Shown here in pieces: positions 40,452 to 64,000 of a stretch of DNA of 64,000 nt (the first letter of the stretch is position 1; each line of letters opens with the position of its first letter). Source of the stretch: Salpingoeca rosetta (lineage: Eukaryota > Protista > Choanoflagellata); assembly GCA_033442325.1 (NCBI GenBank), contig JAWQFM010000001.1:1768246-1832245 (forward strand), in the 5' to 3' direction. The position numbers were made by a program, and so were the translations under genes. Under the pieces are notes generated by a model. The model searched no databases, was not told the DNA's origin, and saw only the letters and a program-made list of their open reading frames with translations.

Positions 40452-40725
40452 GAGCCACAACAACCAAAGCAACAGCAGAAGCAGCAGCCAAAGCCTACGT
40501 CAGTCTTGGACATGCATGCATGTGTGTGTGTGAATGCGTGTTGTACATACCTAGTTGCCCCTGTTCGAGCACATGAACACAGCCACAACCATCCTACGCT
40601 GACACTCTCTATGTGTGCGCTTGCACCCATTCGTTCACCGCTGCCGTTGTAGGGAGGAGGCGAAGAAGGACGTCCGTGAAGTGGGCAACAAGTTCTCTGC
40701 CCTCGTCATGGAGGACAACATGTGA
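37806..40725 (+). CDS. EIF4B: Eukaryotic translation initiation factor 4B, multi-exon
   Basis: MGKKGKKGKK N-terminus; RRM LPQYPPFKAFVGRLSY...MKGFGYVVF...LGRKVRVD; SDWR motif; DRRGGFG repeats (DRYG-like region); RPRIQL; SDIFGGARPVD; C-terminal NKFSAL. Confidence 0.92.
39393..39641 (+). repeat. Coding tandem repeat encoding (D)DRRGGFG in eIF4B
   Basis: 21-24 bp units such as GGTGACGATCGCCGTGGTGGCTTT, about 11 copies. Confidence 0.9.
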
Positions 40726-41294
40726 AGCGATTCCTGAACAGCCCCGACATGCGTTTGTGTCTTGGCAGTCGGGTCCTCGCCTGTCACAGCGTGTGTGGCT
40801 GCTTGTCCATGCGGCCGACCGACAGCACCGGGTTCTCTTCTGTGCTTCTCATTTGTGGTGTGTGTGTGTGTGGATGGATATGTTTGTGTGTTCATGCATT
40901 TGTCGTGTGTATGTTTTGTGTCGTGTTTCCCCTACTTGTGTCTTTGTGGGTGGTTCGATGTAGCGGTGTCTGTTGGGTCGCTTATTTCCACCAAGTCGTA
41001 GCCAGCAAGATTGAAGCCATCCACACGCACATGTGATCGATGATGAAGCAGGGACGTGGTGCATGCACATGAGCACTTCAGAGCTGCCCGGGAGGGGCAA
41101 GGTTCCTGGTGCGATACCATGCCCAGGGGATGACCCATGCCAAAACACACTTGAGCCAGAGCACCTGGTGCTCACACAAGCGCAGGTCAAGAAAAAGGGG
41201 TAATGTAACAATTGGGGGGGAGGGGGATGTAACAATGGACAATGTACATTCGATGCTGTATTCACAAAGACAAAGAGCGGGGGCTGTGAAGGCG

Positions 41295-41401
41295 TCATAT
41301 GCTTGTGAGTCTTCTCAGGCGGGCATTGAGATCTCGCTCCTGGTGCCACACGCAAGAAGGAACGAAATACATGATGAGTCAGGGATACGAGGATCACAAG
41401 T

Positions 41402-41468
<67 letters not shown>

Positions 41469-43233
41469 GACACATACACACACACACAGACAGACAGACA
41501 CACACACACATACACACCTTTTGCAATAGCTGCTGGTTGTACTTGCGAAAGGCCTCAAACTCCTCCCTAATACGCTCCATTTGTTCCTCAGCCTCCTCTG
41601 CTCGCTGCTCCGCTGCCAGCACCTGTAGGGTTGCACAGCACGTTCAGACACACGACCAAAGCCAGTCAGACATGTGTTGGTGCACAGTTTGTTGCGTATG
41701 TGTGCATGTGTGCATGTGCTTGCATGTGTGTATTTGTGCGTGTGTGGCTGGTGCAGCAGGCTCCTTTGCGGTTTGTGACTGCTTGCAACCAGCCCATCGC
41801 ACCTTCTTGTTGACACTGTTTTGTTCCAGCTGTTGCATTGCTGTTTTGGCAGCCTGTACGAGAAAGCACAAGAGCGAGTGGCAGCAACTGCGTCAGTGCA
41901 ATAGCTTCTTTCGGGCGTCGCAAGTGAGAGCATTTGAGGGCATGTCATTGTGATCGTTGCATCAGTCTCTAGAAGCGCATGCACGCACCTCCTTGTGACG
42001 GGAGGCGTCCGTCTTCATCTGTGCAATTGCTGTCGTTGCCTCCTGGAGTGAAGGTGGTGTCGAAGATTGTACCATGGAGGATGAGACATAACACAGCTTG
42101 CGGAGGGCCACCAACAACACCATCGCCACCACCATCACACCAACAACAACACTCATTGAGGCAGGTCGCCGTGCACAGCAGCAAGCACAGCCTGCACCAA
42201 CACCAAGTACGTTGCCATCGCACATGAAAACACACACACACACACACATACACGCATGTACACACATGCACACAAACATACATACACACACATACACGCA
42301 CGCACACACACACACACATACACGCATGTACACACATGCACACAAACATACATACACGCGCACACATACACACAAACATACATACACACACATACACGCA
42401 CGCACACACACACACACACGCATGCACACACATGCACACAAATATACATACACGCACACACATACACACATACACACATACACGCACGCACACACATGCA
42501 CACCTCGTACCTTGTACTTTGATTCAAGGGACTTGTTCTGGGCTTGCAGGTTGGCGACCTGCTGCTGCAACGTGGTGATTTGCCGCGACAGCGCCTCTTG
42601 TTCTGCTCTCGCTTTCTTGGCAGCTTCCTGCGCGTGCTTGCTCACCGCAGAATGCTGGGTGGACAGACCCTTGGACTGCTCGAGAGCCTGATCGAGCTGT
42701 TGCTTCAAGTGCTTGTTCTCCTTGATGAGTTGCTGCTTGCTCAGCTGCAGCTCTGTGACGGTTGACTTGAGCAGCTTTGTTGCATCCGCCACGCGCTTTG
42801 TGATTTCCTCCTCCTGCTTGAGAGCACGCCGCTCCAGGTCTGCGTTGCGCTCTCGCAGCTGCTTGTTCTCCGCCTTGTACTCGTCCTTGAACCTGGATAG
42901 CTGTTCATGATTGCTGGACAGCGTGTTGAAGTTGGCCTGCAGTTGCTGTGCGGCCTTGGCTTCCCGGGTCAGCTTGCCCTTGAGATCTCGAATCTGCGCC
43001 TGGCACTCTGTCAGCGTGCGCTGCAGGTTTGCATTTGTCGCTTGCGCTGTCTCGTTTGATTTCTTCAGCAGGAGGATCAGCTCTGCCTGCTCCTCCACGC
43101 GAAACCGCAGCACCTGCTCCTCGCTCATCCCCGAGGTCTTCTTGCTCTTCTTCTGCTGCTGCCGTTGCTGCTCCTGCTGCTGTTGCTGTTGCTGCTGGCT
43201 GCCCGCGACCACCCGAATCCCATCGTCGTCCAT
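41295..43233 (-). CDS. CCDC89: Coiled-coil domain-containing protein 89-like
   Basis: LRFRVEEQAELILLLKK; FNTLSSNHEQLSRFKDEYKAENKQLRERN; C-terminal EFEAFRKYNQQLLQK|ERDLNARLRRL match the conserved blocks of CCDC89. Confidence 0.8.
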
Positions 43234-43258
43234 CGTCGTTGTGTTGTGTGTGTTTGTC

Positions 43259-43265
43259 GTTGTCA
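43259..43265 (+). promoter_or_regulatory. Putative RFX half-site GTTGTCA in the 64-bp CCDC89/XRCC3 divergent intergenic region
   Basis: GTTGTCAGCG about 26 bp upstream of the CCDC89 ATG. Confidence 0.5.
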
Positions 43266-43297
43266 GCGGCAAGTTAATTTGTGGTGTCGCCCTCAAG

Positions 43298-46031
<2,734 letters not shown>

Positions 46032-46512
46032 CTGCTGCAGCTTTTGTGTGTGTGTGTGTGTGTGGGTGTGCACAATCTTGTCCTTGAGTGTATCATCACG
46101 CATGTCACAAATGCCATCACACATGGGAAGCTCGTGTTATTTGAATTCTTGAACCATACATGAAATCGTGTTGTATGACGTGACGTATATAAACAAGCAG
46201 CAATCCTGGGAGCAGGCATGCGCGAATCGAAGTGCCCACAGATTGTACACGAGTACACATACAAACACACTTGTGGCGGTCAAAGGGCGAGTTACATTCG
46301 TTGTCAGAAAGGGTGAGGGTAAAACGAAGGAAGCATCATAAAATAAATATAATTGTCCCATAAACGTAACACAAACAAGCGCACTACCCACGCAAGACAG
46401 ATGCGGGAGTGAGGCGGAGAGACACACACACATGTACACAGACAGACAGACACAGACAGACAGACACAGACATACACATACACAGGCACACAGACATAGA
46501 CACGCGACTTGA

Positions 46513-47728
46513 TCAGATGTAGAGGAGGTCGATGTCCGTCTTCTTCGAGCCAAAGATGGTTTCCTCCCACTTGGAGAGCTGCTTCAGGAAACTCTGGTTT
46601 GGCCTGTAATCACACACAGCGTGGGGCAGACGGGTAGACAGAGAGACAGAGAGACACACACACACAGACAGAGACACACACACACACACAGACAGAGACA
46701 CACAAAACGCATAGACACACGGACACACACAGACACACACGGACACACACAGACACAGACACACAGACACACACACACACAGACGATATTGTGAGCAGGT
46801 TGGGTTGAGCTTCAAGCCATGTGCGTATGCACGGCAGTCGCGTCATCTCGCAGTCAAAAAAGTCCGTGTGAACATGCGCACAAGGAATAACTGACTTGAC
46901 GCCCTGGCGGCGATCGCTGATAAACTCCAGGGCATGCTTCAGCGTCCATCTGTCGTTCACGCGAGCACATGTGTGCGCGCACGCAAGTGGCAAGCTGCGG
47001 TCAGTTGCGGTAAAATGTGGAAGGACGCGATCAACAACAGGAGTCGTTGTCTCAACACGACAAGCAACACACACGCACACAGACACACACACACACACAG
47101 ACACACACACACACACACACAGACACACACACACACCCCCGCATGCGCACACACGTACTGTTTGTGTTTCATGAAATATGCGGTGAGAAAGGTGGTGCTT
47201 CTGCTCACTCCCATGGTGCAGTGAACTAGCACACGTCCTCCTCCCTTCACTGCTTTGTCTGAAGTCAACCAACAGCACCCGCATGTCACACCACAGCATG
47301 AGAACTCACAGATGAACAGACACGTGCACGAGAATACTGCAATCACCCGTGCCAATCGACACTGGAAGCATGCCTCTTGGCCCATCACTGCACATTTGCA
47401 AGAAATGGAAATAAACGTGCATACACGCACACAGACACACACACAGACACACACAAACACACACAGACACAGACACACACACACACACACAGATACAGAG
47501 CGTATGTACTCACGGATGAAGCTGGCAGCCATGTCAAAGTGGTCCATAACGTTCTCGCTAGGAACGTCCGAGACGCGCAGGGAGCAGTACGTGACACTCC
47601 CAGGAAACCTGGCAGTGCAACCAGAGGAGAGAGCAGTGAAAGCAAGGGCAAGTGTGTCAGTGACAACTTAGGCACAGTGACGCACAGCATGCTGAACATG
47701 CACGCACGCAGGGCAAGACGTAGCATTT

Positions 47729-47772
<44 letters not shown>

Positions 47773-48973
47773 ACACGCACTTGTTCTCGTGCTCCTTTGT
47801 TGCGTTGAGGATGTGCGTGATGCCCAAGTCCTTGACCACCACATCAGAGTGGGCGTGAAGAAAGTTGCCCAGGTAGATTTGCTGCACGCGAATCTCAGAT
47901 GGATATGTCTGCAGGCTCTCGCGCTGTGACAGGCTCACGAACACGTTTGTCTGCGTTTCGTGCGACAGGAATGGATATCGCTTGGAGAACTTTGCAAACC
48001 CCCCACTAAGCAGCGTCTGTGACGTTGTTGCATTTTGTGCATGTATATGTGCGTGTGTGCGAGTGCACGTGTGTGAATGAGCACGCAAGAATAGACAAGT
48101 GCCATAAAACCAACCACGCGACGCATGATTGCTCGTTGCGAAGGCAGCATGTAATAACGCAAGTGATTGCGCACCACATATTGGACGCCAGAGGACAGGA
48201 GTTCATCGCGCATTGCTGCGGCCGGGCCCGACGCGCTGCCGCTCTCATCGTACACGATGACGAGGCTGTAGTCGCTCATGGCAATCATGGGGTTCAGCCT
48301 GCATGCAACAACACCAGCGCGCAAGTACACACACACGCACGTTGAGGCGTAGTTTGTAAACGCATGTACAGACAATTGCACACACAAGACTTTGGATGTT
48401 TTCATGTTCGCGTGTGCATGGGTTGTAATGTGGGTACTCTTTTGTTCATATGTTCTCATGTTTACATGTGTGTCTGTGTGTGTGTGTGTGCGTGCGCGTG
48501 CAAGACGTACATGTCCTTGTGTTGTGCAGTGATGATGTGGCCGGCAGTGAAGGCAGCGTGATCACGCGCATCAATCAGCAGCATGTACTCTGCATCGTGG
48601 ACATACGGTCTGCAGAGGTGGTGACAGTGCATTGAGGGGTGGGAGGATGTGTGGTGGAGGGTCGGCGAGCATACACTTGATGTGGTGGCGTCGTCCCCGC
48701 GCACATGTGTACATGACGCACGGATACAGACACGGACATAGAGACAAAGATACAGACACGGACACAGAGACAAAGACACAGACACGGACACAGAGACAAA
48801 GATACAGACACGGACATAGAGACAAAGATACAGACACGGACACAGAGACAAAGACACAGACACGGACACAGAGACAAAGATACAGACACGGATACAGAGA
48901 CAAAGACACAGACACGGACATAGAGACAAGACACAGACACGGACATAGAGACAACACAGAGAACACTACAAAC

Positions 48974-49049
<76 letters not shown>

Positions 49050-49320
49050 GGCGTGTCGTGCTCACCTGACGATGCCTGCGTTGAGGGCATTGAAGAGCTC
49101 ACTGCAACCGGCCACATCGCTGGCCAGATTACCAATGGCTGAGTAGACGGACTGCAGCGTTTCCGATCGAGTGTCAGGCGCTGCCGGTGATGGCCTGCGT
49201 CCTACTGACGACTGCAGGGGATAACAAGTGGTGCGTACATGCGTGAGAGGACATGTGTTCGTGGCACGCAGCAAGGTGGTGTGTGCAGGTGAAAACACAC
49301 CGTAGCTGCTGTGTGGAGAC

Positions 49321-49401
<81 letters not shown>

Positions 49402-50838
49402 AGTACACGTACGCAAATACAGACACAGGCACACGGGCGCCTGCGGTACCTTGCGCTGGAGCAGGATGGTTGCGTGTGCGCTTGCGCGACGCTTTTCCTC
49501 GACGAGTTGCAGCCGATCTCCAATGCTTCTTCGCATCGTGTCCCACTCCTGCATGATTTTCGCGTCCGTGCGGCCGTCTGATTCGTGCACAACATCGGCC
49601 ATAAGCGCTGCCTGCTCCTGCAGCTGCGCGTGCAGCACGTTTGTGAGGCTGAACTTGCGCGCGGCCGATATGAGGGGAGGCGTCAGCACACCGTCACCAC
49701 GTCCTCTGGTGCCCGCCGTGTGTGTGCTGAGCGGATCTGGCGTTGGAGACGGGCGCGTGCTGTCTTGGCGAATGTCCACGTCTTCAATGTGCAGCGTGTG
49801 GTGATGCGGCCTGGAGAGCGTATCGTCGTCGTCCAGCCCGCCCATCGGCAGCGACCCAATTGAATTATCATCGCCAGCTGCAGCGCTGCCATCGCTCTGA
49901 GCAACGTCATCCTTATCGCCGTCACCGTCACGGTTGTCGTCGTCGTTGTCCTCGGTGCAGGTGCTACTGCTGCTGTTGTCCTCTGCGTCTGTTTCATGCA
50001 GTGTGCTCGGAAAGAACGCGGAGGGATGATAGTCATCCACGCTTCGCGTGTGCACTGAAACGCCCAGCAAAGCAACACAAGGGTTCTGTTAGAAGCAGGA
50101 AGCCGCCGCGATCTCACAGGGATGCACAAGCGCATAAACGTGCACATACACACAGACACACACAGATACACAGACAGATACACACGCATGCACACACACA
50201 CACACACGCACAGATATACACACGCATGCACACAGACACAAAAGTTCATTGAACACACCAAAGAGGCCCGGTGATGATGCTTGGCTGAGCAAACGGTGGG
50301 CCGACGTGGTGGTTGTGTTGAGAGGGCTGGGCTCCAGCGTGCTTGTCGCCGATGTGCTATTGGCTGTTGCGCCCTGCGCATCCCACGTGTTGTCGACCGG
50401 GGACAACTGCAATGGGCGTGGCTCGGCTGTTTGCACAATGTTGTGGTTGCAGCTGGGCTGGTCATGCTCCTTCTGTAAGGGCATGCCATTCGCTTCTTCG
50501 TGTTGCTGTTCATTGAGATCCTCCTTCTCGTTGTTGTTGTGGCTGTGTGCTGGGGTCTCTTGTTGTGGCAACAATGAAAAGTGCAAGGTGGTGCTGCCCG
50601 GCGATGCTTCGTCCTCTTGTTCGAGTTCAGACGGTACGCCAGAGTCGTTGCACCGCGTTCCGTCAGCCTGTGGTTGCACATGTGCCGCCGATGCCATGCC
50701 GGTCTTGCCGTTCTTGCCGTTCTTTTTGCTGCTCTTGTCGTTGCTCGCTGCTTTGTGTGGTTGTGTGCCATCAGGGTCAAAGGTCCTGGATGCGCTGCTG
50801 GCAAGCACAGCCACGTTCTTCGAAGCCGAGCACCCCAT
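46513..50838 (-). CDS. STYXL1: Rhodanese + dual-specificity phosphatase protein, STYXL1/MK-STYX-like, with N-terminal MGCSAS acylation motif
   Basis: [10 protein letters not shown]...YMLLIDAR...GHIITAQH (STYXL1-type CH2/rhodanese domain); [15 protein letters not shown]; LQTYPSEI...IYLGN; [13 protein letters not shown]; [19 protein letters not shown]. Confidence 0.8.
48720..48955. repeat. Compound intronic minisatellite built from CACGGACAYAGAGACAAAGAYACAGA units
   Basis: Visible tandem array in a STYXL1-like intron. Confidence 0.85.
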
Positions 50839-50973
50839 GGCGCGTGGGTGCGTGCGCGGTGAGATGCCCCTGGCTTGCTTGCCTGCCTGTCTGCCTCTGC
50901 CTCTGCCTCTGCCTCTGCCTCTGCGTCTGCTTCTTCAGTTGTTTGGTTGCGTTGTGCGCGTTTTTGCTTCGCT

Positions 50974-50980
50974 GTTGTCA
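50974..50980 (+). promoter_or_regulatory. Putative RFX half-site GTTGTCA upstream of the STYXL1-like gene
   Basis: GTTGTCAGCG, the same 10-mer as at CCDC89, about 136 bp upstream of the ATG at 50838. Confidence 0.45.
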
Positions 50981-51258
50981 GCGAAACCACGTCGACTTTT
51001 GACTAATGATTCCTGCTAATAATCTCACCAACACAAAACAGCACACAAACAGCATGCCTCCACTGCTGCGCACTTTTCCATACCCGCCGCCATCCGAGCC
51101 CCTCACTCAAACACACGCACTGTGTCGTCCCTTGTTCCACGTCTCTGACACACGCATACGCACACGCACATTATACTCATATACACGCACACACGCACAC
51201 ACGCACACACATACACGTGTGAGGGAGCGAGCAAACGAGCATCAAGAAGCAGCAAGCC

Positions 51259-57257
<5,999 letters not shown>

Positions 57258-57882
57258 AGCCGGAAACGGCTCGCCTGCGGCATGACATGGCATGATGCGG
57301 AGGTTGACAGCTTGCCGAGTTGATTGTGGGTGTGTTGTGCTGCGTTTTGTACGTGTTGCATGTTGCATGCTGTTTCTCGTTGCATTGTGTGTTGTTGTGT
57401 TGTGTTGCATTGTGTGCTGTTGTGCTGCGTTGTGCGTTTGCCGAACAAAATAGTTGATTGTCGTTTGACGAGTTCAGTTAGCCCTTCACACTTCTTGCTT
57501 GCAAGCAGGGAAGAGGAGGAATTTGATTTGTTGTGCATGGAAACCCATAATGAGTTGTTGGGTGGTTGGCTTGGTTTCACCTGGCAATGGTGCTTCTCTC
57601 TGTGTGCTTTTGTGCTCCTCTTGATGCGTGCGTGCGTGCGTGTGTGTGTGTGTGTTTGTGTGAGTGTGGTTGTGCACGTTTGTGTACATTGTGTGTTGAG
57701 GAACAATACAACGACAAATGCATTGGGTCTGTGCTGGTGGGGCTGTTTACTGGTACATCTGACACACGTGCTCGCGTGTGTGTGAATATCCTAAAGACGA
57801 GGGCAACCAAGCACAGGGGGTGCTTGTCGGTTATTTACATTTCTGTTAGCGATGCATATCTCTGAGCAATGGGCCACAACAG

Positions 57883-61187
<3,305 letters not shown>

Positions 61188-61354
61188 TTTGCCAATTGTA
61201 ACGAGTGACAGCTGCAAATGGCAAACCAATCCTGCGTTCTTGCGCAAAAACACTGACCTCGAATTTCCATGCAAATCATTGCCGATCTTCAGCATTGTTG
61301 TCCTCCAGCCAAAACAACGACGCAACAAGCACGACCAGCCAGCCAGCCAGCATC

Positions 61355-64000
<2,646 letters not shown>

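Overview
Gene-dense, intron-rich eukaryotic DNA with GT-AG introns packed with (GT)n/(CA)n microsatellites. The style and the animal-like gene content suggest a choanoflagellate such as Salpingoeca rosetta (inference). Most ORFs in the six-frame track are microsatellite artefacts, so I rebuilt genes by hand-splicing exons. In order: AHSA1 3' end (+), BLCAP/BC10-like microprotein (-), secreted PHB depolymerase (-), FKBP8-like (-), an 11-repeat spectrin (+), cyclin A (+), an orphan Cys-rich ORF (+), a MuDR/MULE zinc-finger ORF in frame with carnosine N-methyltransferase (+), MYCBPAP (-), eIF4B (+), CCDC89 (-), XRCC3 (+), STYXL1-like phosphatase (-), a divergent kinesin-5 (+), CDC7 (-) and MIOX (+, truncated by the window end). 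There are two assembly gaps. The most notable candidates are: (1) a spectrin that appears to carry both the alpha-type N-terminal and the beta-type C-terminal half of the tetramerisation site in one chain, with no ABD, SH3, EF-hand or PH domain seen; (2) a transposase DNA-binding domain in frame with CARNMT1; (3) polarised (GT)n...(CA)n intron architecture; (4) a STYXL1 homologue with an intact catalytic motif; (5) GTTGYCA RFX-type motifs upstream of the three putative ciliary genes. All family assignments come from motif recognition by eye, not database searches.
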